DNA from: an uncultured Actinomycetes bacterium
Lineage (GTDB): Bacteria; Actinomycetota; UBA4738; HRBIN12
Reading direction: 5' to 3'
Length of the DNA: 64,000 nucleotides
Assembly (NCBI GenBank): GCA_963704725.1
Contig: OY969934.1
Location: 992,001-1,056,000, forward strand
The notes under the pieces were generated by a model that ran no database searches, had not been told where the DNA came from, and worked only from the letters and a program-made list of their open reading frames with translations. A program made the position numbers and the translations under genes. This document shows positions 10,701 to 21,867 of the stretch, piece by piece. Each line of letters begins with the position of its first letter. The stretch's first letter is position 1.

Positions 10701-13700
10701 GCCCGTCCGGACCTTCGTGTGGGACTCGAACAACAACCTCCTCTGCCGGCGCGAGCCGGCCGCCAACGCCGTGAACGAGATCTCCGGCGCGAACCTGTGT
10801 CAAAGCGACAAGCTCTCGACCGTCTACGCCTACGAGTCGGAGGCGCCGTTCCGGCTCCTTGTGACGACGCATCCCTCCGCCAAGCCCGACGGGAGCTCGG
10901 AGCGGCTGAAGGACGCCTACCAGTACGACTCCGACACCAACGGCGCGAACTTCAACGGCCTGTGGGTGGAGAAGTACGAGAACGCCAACCTGTCCGGGAT
11001 CCCGGCGGATGAGTCCGTGTGGACCAACTTCGACGCGAACTGGGGGAGCGGCTCGCCGCCCGGACTCACCAGCACCGACGGGTTCAGCCTGAGGTGGACG
11101 GGGCTCATCGACACGCGGTCGAGCTGGTACAACCTGGAGAAGGTCTTCTTCCGGATCACCACCGCGGATGAGGGCGTCACGCTCATCGTCGACAACAAGG
11201 TGCTCCTGGACTGCTTCGGCACGACTCAGCCCGCCGGGACGTTCAACTGCGGCACGAACCAGGACGTGTTCAAGATGCTCGACGCCGGCCAGCATCCCAT
11301 CACCATCGAGTACTCCGATCCCTCCGGTCTGGCCTCGTTCAATCTGCAGTGGATGGTGACGCAGGGGAGCTTCGGCCCGATCCCCACCTCCCGGCTCCAG
11401 ACGAACCTCGGCCTGCTCACGCTGCAGCAGACCAGGCGCGTGTACTCAAGTGGCTCGGACGCCGCGTTCTTCCTGAAGACCGCCTACACCTTCCCCGACG
11501 ACAACGCCAAGGCCCGGCACATCCCGGACTCGGTCGCCGTGACCGACCTGGACCCCAACCCTGACGTCGTCCGCAAGACCGCCTACACCTACAACGCCTT
11601 CGGCCAGGTCCGCACGACGACGACCGCCGCGGCGACCTCGCTGGCCGCGACGACCACGTACGACTACACGAACGAGGACCCGGTCTCGTGCCTGAGCTCC
11701 GTGGAGGAGCCGGACGGCGCCACGACGGAGTACGAGTGCGACGCGGCGGGCGATGTCACCCTAACCACCCAGATCGTGCGGACCGTTGCGGGAACGAACC
11801 AGACCGAGCAGGAGCGGTCGACATCGACCGAGTACGACACGCTCGGCCGCGTCACCTCGGTCACCTCGCCGTGGGGCGGATCCACGACCACGAGCTACGA
11901 CCTCGCAGGCCGGGTCGCCACGGTCGATCAGTACCTGGGCCCCGGTGCCGGCCACGACGCCGATGCCATCACCGGGTACGAATACGACGACGCCGGGCAT
12001 CTGCTCACCGAGACCCTGCCGGAGGTCGCGGACCCGGAGAACCCGGGCTCCGAGGTGGCCCCAGTGATCCAGCACGCCTACGACTGGCTCGACGACGAGG
12101 TCGGCACGACCGACGTCCGCGGGCAGGAGTGGAGCTACGCCTACGACGCGTTCCGGCGCGTGATCGAGACCGAGAGCCCGTCCGGGCTCATCGCCGAGAG
12201 CGAGTACCGGCTGGCGAGCGCGCCGTCCGGTGGCACCGAGCAGCACCAGGTCACGACGTGGTCGCCTCCCGGCCACACTGGCGGCGTTCCGACCGTGACC
12301 GTCCTCAACCTGTTCGACCGACCCAGAACCGAGCAGACCGGCACCCTGGCGGCCCGCAGCTTCCTCTACGACGTGCAGAACAACGTCACGAGGGTCACCG
12401 AGCCCTCCGGCGTCTACACGACCTACTCCTACAATCGCTTCGGCGATGAGACGTCGATGTCGGAGTACCAGCTGCTGGCCACGACGACGTACGCGTACGA
12501 CGCGGCGGGGCGTTTGCAGCGGGTCGACGGGCCGCGGGTCTCGACCGACGCCGACGATTCGGTCAACTACGCCTACGATGAGCAGGGCCGACTGGAGACG
12601 GTGACGCAGAACGGGATCACGCTGCCCGGCGCCTCCTCACCCGGCGTGAGCACGACGTATGTGTGGAACGACGCCGACGAGCGGATCCAGGTCGTCCAGC
12701 CCATGAGCACGACGCAGACGATGGTCCGCGACTGGATGAGCGATCCGGCCTCGGGCACCTCCACGTACGAGGACGCCCGGGGAACGACGACCTCGACCCA
12801 CGACCTCTCGGGGCGGGTCACGAGCGTGGACGACCCTCGCGGCATCACCCTGCACTTCGAGTTCGACAACCAGGGCAGGCTGATCCGGCGCTACGGCGAG
12901 GACGGCCAGACCACCGTCGACGACCAGAGCCTCGGATACGACCTGGCGGGCAACCAGATCTCGGCGACGGTGGTCGCCGCGAACACGACGATCGCGACGG
13001 ACTTCGACGACGACGGACGGGCGTGGCACGTCTACCAGGACAGCTACCCGAGCCCCACGACCACCTACGCATACGATCCCTCCACCGGCCGACCCTCCTC
13101 GATCACCGATGCGGCGGGGACCACGTCCTACGCGTTCAACGCCAACGGCCTGCTGGCCGAGGTCACCGATCCGTTCGCCTCGACCCACGTCGTCTACGGG
13201 TACGACGCCTACGGCCGCGTGACCAAGCGAACCGACGGGAGCGGGCTGTGCTGGACCCAGACGTATGACTCAAGGAGCGGCCTGCCCGACATCCGGCGCA
13301 TCCGCCAGGGCGGCACCGGCTGCGGCGGTACGGTGCTCGCCACGTTCGACCTCGGCTTCGACAAGGCGGCGAACGTGCTGAGCCGTTCCGAGACGATCAC
13401 CGGCAACTCCTTCGGCGGCAACTACACGTACACGTACGACGGGGCGAACCGGCTGATGAGCGTGACCGGCCCCGCCGCCTTCGGCTCGCGGACGTACGCC
13501 TTCGACGGGGCGTCCAACCGAACGAGCGTCCAGGTCGGCACCGGCACGCCCACCACGACCAGCTACGACGACGCCGGCCTGCCCACCACGTCCTCCGACG
13601 GCACCACGTACACCCACGACGCCTCGGGCGACCTCACGGGCATCGACCGGCCGGGCACGGCGAATGACTGGCTGTACGGCTACAGCTCCTGGAACCAGCT

Positions 13701-14931
13701 CGAGGTGGCCGAGCACACCCAGGGTGCCGCCGAGGTGACCTACACCCTGGACGCCCTGGGCCGGGTGCTGTCTCGGACCTCGGGCGGGACCACGGCCTCC
13801 TACACCTACCAGGGCACCGGCGAGAGACTTGCTAGCGCGAGCGTGGGTGGGACGACGACAATGTACGCGTACGTGCCGTCCGGCCCGCTCGCCGAGCGAA
13901 CGGGGACGACCACCCGCTACTACCTGCGTGATCAGCACGGGGACACCGTAGGGTTGGCCAACACCTCGGCCGCCCTTGCCGGGACGAGGCTGTATGACCC
14001 GTGGGGGGAGGCGCTGCAAGGGACTGGAGAGATGGCGACGGCGCCGGCACAGGGCTCGCTCGGGTTCCAGTCCCAGCTCACCGACGCCTCGACCGGGCAG
14101 GTCGACATGCTCACGCGGATGTATGAGCCGGGGCTCGGACGGTTTAGCTCCAGGGATGCGCTGTTTGGTGACGCATCAAACCCCGTTTCCCTGAACCAGT
14201 TCGGCTACGGATCCGCAAGCCCCGTGACCCTGTCCGATCCGACCGGACTATATCCAGTTGGGTACGACGGGTCCGGAGGGGACTGCGGAGATGCGTGCGC
14301 CAACCCTCAGCAGTACGGCTACAACAGGGGTGATCCGCCATCCGTGAACGCTCCCGATCCCCTCCCTCCAGCATCGACACAGATGCCGACAGTTACGGTG
14401 GACTGGACGCAGACCCGAACAGCCGAGGGCTGGTCGCCGTACATTGTTGGGGAAGATTTCTTGACTGCGTTTGCCCGCTTTATCACTGGGTGGAGTTGCG
14501 AACTCGAGGGATGCGCGCCAATCAACCCCGGTTCAATCGGTGTTGGTGTCGTGGCACAACTTACTTACCGGAGCTTCATGCGAAGCAGACCCAATGGTTG
14601 GCAACTCTCGATTCTCGTTGTCGCCGACACACGTCGCCTGAACCCCGAATCAGGTTTTGAGCTTCAGTCCCTAGAACTGCACATCCGGGGCAAGGGGGGC
14701 GCCCAGCTTCTGGGGAGCTATTCGAAGGAGTATGTCACGACAGCCGATGGCCCTGGCTACCTGTACCACGTCCATGTCGCAACTGGCTCTCCTCAACCCG
14801 CGACGATCGTCGCCTCGGTTACGGCAGGGCCAAGTGAAGGAGCGGCAGGTCCCATCGAGGCCGTGACGCAGGTCTACTTCGACCCAATGCCGACTGGGCC
14901 CTTGCCGCCGCAAGAGATTCCACCATGGTAA
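7715..14931 (+). pseudogene. Secreted Rhs/YD-repeat protein (~2405 aa if repaired) split by a 1-nt frameshift near 10130; DNRLRE-like, Ig-like and PA14 domains, Rhs core, variable C-terminal tip
   Basis: RBS GAAAGGA plus signal peptide; DDTYVDS..RRAFVRFD; many YD repeats; NWGSGSP..FSLRWTG (PA14); RYYLRDQHGD..YDPWG and FGYGSASPVTLSDPTGL core end; frames 7604-10153 and 9226-14931 join as SYVY/(Q)GTELDHVTDPLGR. Confidence 0.88.
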
Positions 14932-14951
14932 CGACTAAGGGGAGCAGACCT

Positions 14952-15761
14952 ATGGGAGTCCGGACAGTGGGGATCTTGCTCATGACGGGTGCAGCATTGA
15001 TGACAGCTTGTGCGAGGGACGGTCGTGTCATCGCGCCCGCGGCTGCCTTGCGGTCGAGCGTGCTTTCGTGTACGGCGGGATCAGCTGGATCCAAAACGGT
15101 TGCCATCGAGTTGGAACCGACTCCCCAGACCCCGCCGGCTGTGGCCGCGCTCATCCCCCACCTCCGGCTCTCCAGCTATAACTACAGATCGTCCTCCGCA
15201 CCAGCCGCCGATGCGACATCGGTACTGCCGGTTCCACTCCCGTCGGGGGCTGGCAACGTCCTCGATCTGTCGACAACGGATGCATCGGTTCAAGATGCGC
15301 CGCCGCCAGTTGCGCTGATTCCGACCGAGGGGAACCGATACGCGGATCTGATCCTCGCGGGCTTGCTAATGGTTCACGAAGCCGAGATTGCATTGAGGGG
15401 CGACTCACTCGAAAGGCTCCTTGGGGTGTCGGTGGACATGCCGATCGGAACCGCAACCGTAAATGACGTCCACATTGCGGGAGAGCAAGTGACCGTGACC
15501 GTCAGTTTGGATTGGGTCGACGGTCTCGGCGGCAGTTCTGCATTTCAGCCGAGAGTGAGCATCGTGCCTGCCTTTGGACCTGGAGGCGCACCTCTCGGGG
15601 ATATCGGCGTCGATTTCAATGGCGCGTCGAGTCAATCACTGCGCTTTCGCTTGCCAGTTGGGCGTCAAGATGATCCAGTCGCTCTGCGCTTGAGCGATTT
15701 CGGCGTCGAGTACGCGGCGTCCGTGCGCGTCACAGGCATCGGGCAAGCATGCGGGGGATGA
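14952..15761 (+). CDS. Putative lipoprotein, candidate Rhs immunity protein
   Basis: Directly follows rhs (alternative start 14925 overlaps its stop); LMTA-C lipobox; less GC-biased codon use like the Rhs tip. Confidence 0.6.
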   Translation: MGVRTVGILLMTGAALMTACARDGRVIAPAAALRSSVLSCTAGSAGSKTVAIELEPTPQTPPAVAALIPHLRLSSYNYRSSSAPAADATSVLPVPLPSGAGNVLDLSTTDASVQDAPPPVALIPTEGNRYADLILAGLLMVHEAEIALRGDSLERLLGVSVDMPIGTATVNDVHIAGEQVTVTVSLDWVDGLGGSSAFQPRVSIVPAFGPGGAPLGDIGVDFNGASSQSLRFRLPVGRQDDPVALRLSDFGVEYAASVRVTGIGQACGG

Positions 15762-16201
15762 GTCCCCGAGTCCGGGGTGGCCGAGCGCACCCAGGACGAC
15801 TTGACCTGCGCCCTGGACGCGCTGGGTTGGAAGCTCACGCGGACCTCGGGGTGACCTTACGGGTACACACGCCAGGGGACGAGAAGACTTGGCCGGCGCG
15901 GGGGTTGGGTGGGACGACGCCCAACTATCCGCACATGCCGGCGGGCGGACTCGCCAAGCAGTCCTAGGCTGTCGGTCAAGATCACATCGCTAACTCGCCC
16001 GCGCTAAGGACGGAGTTGAGGAGTCGGCCCACCGCACCGTCGCACTCATGCATCGAGGTCCACGTCCGTGATCAGCCTTCGGACCTGGGCCACCAGAATG
16101 CGCCAGGAGTTCGAGTAGCGTCCCTTCAGGTCCACGCGACCTTCCGGTGCCGGTCTTCGTGTCTGCGAGCGGAAGGGCACCGGCCGAACATCGCGGGGTC
16201 G

Positions 16202-17493
16202 CTAGGGACCCAGGAGCGCGGCGGGGACGACCCCTATCCCGTCACGTCGGCGGTACGCGGCATCGCCAGTGCTTACGACGACAGCGTCGAGCAGATCTTC
16301 GCCTATCCGATCACGCAACCACAGAAGGTCCCGAACGTCGTCGTCGCGAATGGTCTGCGCCAGCTTCACCTCGATGCCGACGACCCGCCCATCAGCGCGC
16401 TCGATGATGAGATCGACTTCATGCTCCCCTGAGGCGGTGCGAAGGTGTCTCGTCGTGGCTTCGGCCGCCTGCGCAAAGACACGAACGTTGAGCGTCACGA
16501 GGGACTCGAACAGCGAGCCGAGGAACGTCCCGTCACGCGGGATCGGTGGACCAACGGGTTCGGCCTCGAGGAGGGCCTGTCGATCGATGCCGAGCAGCCG
16601 TGCCGCTAGGGCGGGGTCGAGGAGCTGGTGCTTCGGGGGGACGAGAGGCGTCGCAGATGGCTGCGAGTCGGGAGCCATGCCGGCACCGGATCGACGATCC
16701 ATAGCCTCTCGAGCACGGTGCGGTAGGGAAGCGTCGCCTTTCGGGTCGGCTTCTCGGTCTCTCCACTTGTCGCCGCATCTCGGATCTTCTCGAACGAGGT
16801 CGTCGTCGAGGAGGCGGCTGCGTATGCGGTCATCCAGCTTCGGAGCGTCTCCGGTCTGCGCACCCGATGACCCATCTCATCGAAGTCGTGGTCGACGATG
16901 CGCTGCAGATAGCCATCGAGTTGAGACCGAAGCGCACGGCCGGAGAGACCGCGCAGCCCCGGGAAGCCTGAGGCGAGTATCTCGTCTACGTAGTCTTCGA
17001 GTCGAAGCCTGGTGCTGCCCTCCAGGTCAGGACGCCTTCCTCCGAGGATCTCGCTCAGGCTGACCGTTGGCGTCGCGATCTCGCGCTCCGGGAGGGTCAT
17101 CGTTCGCAGCCGGACCGTGACGATCCGCGCCGCACCCGAGTGAGTTGATGGCTTCTCGGGAGAGGCAGATCCGGTCAGCAGGTATGAGGCGGGGCGCTCG
17201 GTTCCGTGTTCGTCGACCGCACGGCGAACGAGATCCCACGATTCCGGCAGTCGTTGCCACTCGTCGATGAGCACCGGAGGAGGGCCGTCCAGCAACCGAT
17301 GTGGGTCCGCCACCGCAACGCTGTACTGCGACGGATCGTCGAGGCGGTGGATGGTCGCCGCCCGCCGAGAGGCCGTGGCCGTCTTCCCGACGGCCTTGGC
17401 TCCTTCCACGGCGATGGCAGGGAGCTCACGCAGCAGTTCGTCGAGCTCATCGTCCACGATGCGCCGGATGTACCGGTCGACGGTGTCTGTCAT
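16202..17493 (-). pseudogene. AAA+ ATPase with DUF4143 (COG1373-type), frameshifted at a G6 run (16635-16640)
   Basis: GAKAVGKT Walker A, LIDEWQ Walker B, LTGS, GSLFES, HEVDLII..IEVK; one extra C restores SSPPKHQLLDPAL. Confidence 0.85.
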
Positions 17494-17700
17494 GTGCGAA
17501 GGATACTACTAGGACGCCTAGAAGGCTACAGAAATGACGAGCACTGGGGAACAGAACGGTCGACCTCTGGTTCCGCGCACCGATCGATCAAACGACGACG
17601 GCCACCTGGGAGAACACGAGGGCGTTGCCTCAGACCAGCGATGGCCCGTAGACAAGCCGCGGCATCCGGTCCGAGCTGCCCGGGGCAGTCGCGAAACAGG

Positions 17701-18873
17701 TCACCTGTTGAGTTGTCGAGCCAGGTCCTCGAACATGTCGGCGATTTCGATGCGGGAAAGCCCTTCAGGCATCCCCATGGCAGGTCCGTACGCCAGGTTC
17801 AAGAAGCAGCCGAGCACCACGTCGACCTCCGATGCGTCCGCGTCAAGGGAATGCCACGAAGCGTAGTCGCCAGCCGGCTTCGGCTCCCGACGAAGACGCG
17901 GAGAGAAGGCCCGCGCCGTATCCACCTTGCCGACCAGGACATCGAACTCGTCTTCGCCCAGATCATCGATGGTGTGGTCAGTGACTCTCGCCCACGTTTC
18001 GAAGAGCTCCGGGCTGCCTCGCAACTCGAAGGCCTTGGGCGCGAGCTCCATGGTGGTACGTGCGACTTGGAGCGCTTCCCGTAGCACGTCTCGGGCGCCG
18101 AGACGTGATTGCATCCGGCTCCGATGGAGACCCTGGGCAATGAGAAGCGCCGTGGCGCCATCGCGCGCTTGCAAGTCCGGATCGGCGCCGTTCGCCAGGA
18201 GGATGCAGACGACCGAATCATGACCCCGCTCCACAGCGTGCATCAAGGCTGTCCGACCTGCCTCATCCATTGCGTTTGCGTCGGCGCCCGCTTGGAGCAG
18301 CGTATCGATCCCTGCCGGGTCGTTGAGTCGAGCAGCGAGGACAACGATCGGCGTGCCGTCTCCTCGTCTCTCGTTGGGATCTTCCCTACCTGAGAGGAGG
18401 ACTCTGAGGACCGCTGGCACGGCCGTGTGCTCGACCGCGCCGACGATCAGCGGTTCCTCTCGAGGCAGAGCCGCCGCGCCAGCGCCCAAGAGTGCTTCGA
18501 GGATCTTGACCTTCGACCTCGAATCGGGCGGGGGACGGAGGATCTCGTGAGCGATGCTTCCGCGCTTGTCTCCGAAGTTGGGGTCAGCGCCATGCTCGAG
18601 GAGAAGGGACACCACTTCGGCGTGACCGTGGATCGCTGCCGCTCGAAGAGGCGTCCACTCGCGGCCGCTGACCGAGTCTGGAGATGCCCCAGCATTGAGA
18701 AGCAGCCGAACGATCTCGACCGCTCCGTCCTGAGCCGCTATGGCGAGTGCTGTATTGCCTCGCGGCGGCGCGGGAAGATTGGGATCGGATCCAGAGCGGA
18801 GAGCGCGACCGACCCCCTCCAGGTCGTTGGCTCGAACAGCGTCCACGAGTTCGTCGCTTTCCACAAGAACCAT
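17701..18873 (-). CDS. Ankyrin-repeat protein with unknown C-terminal domain
   Basis: Repeated GxTAL/TPLxxAA..G..VxxLLxxGADPN motifs. Confidence 0.88.
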   Translation of the reverse strand: MVLVESDELVDAVRANDLEGVGRALRSGSDPNLPAPPRGNTALAIAAQDGAVEIVRLLLNAGASPDSVSGREWTPLRAAAIHGHAEVVSLLLEHGADPNFGDKRGSIAHEILRPPPDSRSKVKILEALLGAGAAALPREEPLIVGAVEHTAVPAVLRVLLSGREDPNERRGDGTPIVVLAARLNDPAGIDTLLQAGADANAMDEAGRTALMHAVERGHDSVVCILLANGADPDLQARDGATALLIAQGLHRSRMQSRLGARDVLREALQVARTTMELAPKAFELRGSPELFETWARVTDHTIDDLGEDEFDVLVGKVDTARAFSPRLRREPKPAGDYASWHSLDADASEVDVVLGCFLNLAYGPAMGMPEGLSRIEIADMFEDLARQLNR

Positions 18874-18967
18874 CCTAGCGTCGCGTCTCGGGGGTTTGAT
18901 TACCGTCCGCTAAACCCCCCTTTCAGCGTGGCAGGCGCGGCCGTCGGGTCGGCCTCCGCCGGGGCAA

Positions 18968-19345
18968 TCAGTACGGAGCCCGCAGCCCCTCGATCATGGG
19001 GAAGTGCCGCACATTCGTGGTGAGCAGATCTGCCTCGAAGACGATCGCGGTTGCGGCGATCAAGTAGTCGGCGTCGTCGATGCCACTGTGGCTGCGCCTG
19101 AGGCGGTGGGCGAGGGTGCCGGCAGTCCTGCCGATCTCCTCATCGATCGGCGCCCACTCGAGCGAGGAGAAGAATGCCTCCAAGGCCTTCATCTCGGCCT
19201 TCCGAACGCCGGCCAGCAGCTCGAACCGCGTGATCTCGCTTGCGACGAGGGTCTCACCTTCGGAGATCAGGCCGGTGAGCAACTGCGTGGCGGTCGACGC
19301 GCCTCGGAGGTGATCCACGGCGATCGTCGTGTCGATGAGCTTCAC
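18968..19345 (-). CDS. vapC: VapC PIN-domain toxin
   Basis: [32 protein letters not shown]. Confidence 0.93.
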   Translation of the reverse strand: MKLIDTTIAVDHLRGASTATQLLTGLISEGETLVASEITRFELLAGVRKAEMKALEAFFSSLEWAPIDEEIGRTAGTLAHRLRRSHSGIDDADYLIAATAIVFEADLLTTNVRHFPMIEGLRAPY

Positions 19346-19602
19346 TCGAGGCCGACGCGCCGAAGCCGCTCGTTCAGGTCACCGCGCAAAGCATCCACGT
19401 ACTCCTCCCCGGTGAAGCGCCTTCGCTTCCAGCTTGCCGCGCTTCGACGGAGACCCTCCAGGCGGGCCTCCTGCGATGGCTCGCCGAACGTCCTCTGGAT
19501 CGCGCGACGAATCAACTCGGATCGTGAAGCACCGGTCTCCGTGGCCACCTGATCGAGCAGCTCCAGCTCATCCTGACCCAGGTAGACCTGTGTCCGTCCC
19601 AT
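19342..19602 (-). CDS. vapB: VapB/CopG ribbon-helix-helix antitoxin
   Basis: [19 protein letters not shown] motif; 4-nt overlap with vapC. Confidence 0.88.
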   Translation of the reverse strand: MGRTQVYLGQDELELLDQVATETGASRSELIRRAIQRTFGEPSQEARLEGLRRSAASWKRRRFTGEEYVDALRGDLNERLRRVGLE

Positions 19603-19608
19603 GCCGCC

Positions 19609-19628
19609 ACTATACACCACATGGTGTA
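19609..19628 (-). promoter_or_regulatory. Leaderless vapBC promoter with overlapping palindromic operator
   Basis: -10 TATAGT 6 nt before the ATG; perfect inverted repeat TACACCA-CA-TGGTGTA at 19613-19628. Confidence 0.7.
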
Positions 19629-19678
19629 CCGGTCTGAATGCGTCGGGTTCGGGCTACGGATGGACGACGGCGGCGCGA

Positions 19679-21742
19679 TCACGGTTGATCGACGGGCGGT
19701 TCCTGCTCGCTCGGCGGCTCCGGGAGACTCGAGGACGGCGGCTCCGGTGCCGGCCTGCGCCTGCGGCGCCGTGGCTCGACCTGCTCCGGCAGATGCTTGC
19801 CGTCCGCGCCGGAGGCGGCGAGCGTGCGCATGAGCACGGCGGCGAGACCGTCCAGGCTGCCGCCTCCGCCCGTTACGAGGACATCCGGCATGACGTCGAC
19901 CTGACCCTCCGCGATCGCGTTGATCGCGTTGACGATGGCCGTGGCCGGCCCGCCGAGGGCCTTGCGCTGCTCGTCGAAGCCCCTGGCCCGGGCCAGGCCC
20001 AGGGCCTCGGTGGCGCTGGCGTTGGCTCCTCCGATCGCCTGGATCTTGGAGGCCTCGGCCTGGCCGGTGAGCTTCACGTAGGCGGCCTCGCCCTCGCCCT
20101 CGGCCTCGCGCGCCTGAGCCTCGTTGCGGCGGATCTCGACCCCGACCTGGGCCTGCGCCAGCCGCGCCTGCATCTCAGCCGTCCCCTTGGCCTTCTCCAT
20201 CTGGACCCGCTCGGTCTGCGCGCGCTCCTGCTCCTGGAACGTCGCCTTCTCTTGGTTGGCGATCTCCCGCTGGGTCAGGACCCGAACCAGCTCCTCCGGG
20301 AACGCGACGTCCTGGATGTACACACCCTTCGTCTCGACCTCGTACGTGGCGAGGTAGGTCCGGATCGAGGCCAGCGCCTGCTCCTGCACCGACTGGCGGG
20401 TCTCGATGAACGTGACCGCCGGCAGCCCCTGCAGCTTGTCGCGGAAGTGGTTGCCGACCGCCGACTGCAGGACCTCGTTGACGAGGTTGAGCATGGTGCC
20501 GACCATCGAGATGACCTTGGGCGCCCGCGTGTCCGGCACGTGGATCTGGACCTGCAGGTCGATCGTGAAGACGAACCCCTCCCGGCTCTTCGCCTCGATC
20601 GGCTTGAGGTTCGCGTCCAGGTTGTGGGCGAGAGAGCTCGCCTCCGCCCAGTTCAGCGTGAGGATCGCGGTCGGGACGATCTCGGCCGCGTAGATCCGGC
20701 GGTTGATCGCGTACTTCCCGGTGCGCAGCGGCTCCTGCCAGATGCCGCGGTGCCCGGGTCGCACGAGCGAGCCGAACTTGAACTCGTCACCGGAGGTGTC
20801 GAGCGTCGAGAGCCCGACGTACGCCTTGATCACGGCGACCTCGCCCTGGTTCACGACGAGCATGGGGGTCATCTCGACCCGGACCAGGAACGGGTTCAGG
20901 AGGTAGGCGCCGTACAGGAGCGGGTCGTGCTGCAGGCCGATCTTGCCGCCGCCGTCCAGGAAGGCCTGGAAGTCCTGGTAGTTGTTGTGGAGGTTGTTCT
21001 TGCTGCCGAGCAGCGCCTCGATGACCTCGCCGTCGGTCGGGTTGCCCGCCTCCATCTCGAGGATGTCGGCGAAGCCGCCCAGCCGGTTGGCGATGTCGCC
21101 GGAGTCGAGCGGATCGCCCTCCAGCGTCGTGACGATCCCGATCTGGTCGACGTCCCCGTACGGCGCGATCACGACCACCCGGAGCTGATCCGGTTGCAGG
21201 CCGAACGACTCGGCGGCGAGCCCCTCATGAGAGGCGACCGCGGCGAGATCCGGGGAGACCGGCAGTCCGTAGACCGCGCCCCGCGTGATGACGAGGAAGC
21301 CCACCGGGTGGATCGGCACCAGCGTGCCCGGGGGCAGGACCGGCCTCTGCACGCCCTTCTGCCCGGCGTTGCCCACGAAGCTCTTCAGGTCGGAGAAGTT
21401 CGCGAAGATCGTCTTGTACGCCCCGCTTTTGGCCCCGATGGGAAGGGGCGCTCCGACCTGGGCGATCACGACGCCGATCTCGCCCGCGGGGACCTGGACC
21501 CACGGGAACTTGCTCACGCTGTACACCGGCCACGGCTTGATCCGGATCCCCGGCATGAGGAGGTCGGCCTGGTATCCGGCCTCGCCGGCGAAGGCGATGG
21601 GGTTGTCCTCGGCGAGCTTGCGCCGCGCGAAGTTCTTCTTCACCAGGCCCACCTGCGTGGCGCCGATCAGGTGGAACGACTTCATGAACACGATGAGCAC
21701 GAGCAAACCGACGACCCCGATCGCGATCCAGGTGGCGACCAC
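19679..21742 (-). CDS. SPFH/flotillin-like membrane protein
   Basis: N-terminal TM helix, repeated G..GxQ..LxPG segments, band-7 domain, EA-rich coiled coil. Confidence 0.88.
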   Translation of the reverse strand: MVATWIAIGVVGLLVLIVFMKSFHLIGATQVGLVKKNFARRKLAEDNPIAFAGEAGYQADLLMPGIRIKPWPVYSVSKFPWVQVPAGEIGVVIAQVGAPLPIGAKSGAYKTIFANFSDLKSFVGNAGQKGVQRPVLPPGTLVPIHPVGFLVITRGAVYGLPVSPDLAAVASHEGLAAESFGLQPDQLRVVVIAPYGDVDQIGIVTTLEGDPLDSGDIANRLGGFADILEMEAGNPTDGEVIEALLGSKNNLHNNYQDFQAFLDGGGKIGLQHDPLLYGAYLLNPFLVRVEMTPMLVVNQGEVAVIKAYVGLSTLDTSGDEFKFGSLVRPGHRGIWQEPLRTGKYAINRRIYAAEIVPTAILTLNWAEASSLAHNLDANLKPIEAKSREGFVFTIDLQVQIHVPDTRAPKVISMVGTMLNLVNEVLQSAVGNHFRDKLQGLPAVTFIETRQSVQEQALASIRTYLATYEVETKGVYIQDVAFPEELVRVLTQREIANQEKATFQEQERAQTERVQMEKAKGTAEMQARLAQAQVGVEIRRNEAQAREAEGEGEAAYVKLTGQAEASKIQAIGGANASATEALGLARARGFDEQRKALGGPATAIVNAINAIAEGQVDVMPDVLVTGGGGSLDGLAAVLMRTLAASGADGKHLPEQVEPRRRRRRPAPEPPSSSLPEPPSEQEPPVDQP

Positions 21743-21867
21743 GAAGACCCCTTTCGACCGACCTCACCGCTCGCGACGCGCGCCGAGCCGCACGCATGCC
21801 TTTCGATGCAACAACGTACTCCGTCCGGCGGGTGGCCGCCGAGGTGCGAACCCGATCGTCGATCAGC

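Larger units (their letters stand above)
4030..16135. mobile_element. Integrative element 1 (~12.1 kb) inserted at the tRNA-Ala 3' end
   Basis: TCCAC core at 4030-4034 and 16131-16135; rejoined ends give inverted arms GAGTTCGAGTA (16107-16117) / TATTCGAACTC (4046-4056) and an in-frame integrase C-terminus. Confidence 0.85.

Noticed and set aside
16059-16063. Alternative attR core TCCAC
   Set aside because: Lacks the GAGTTCGA arm at the proper distance; 16131-16135 has it.
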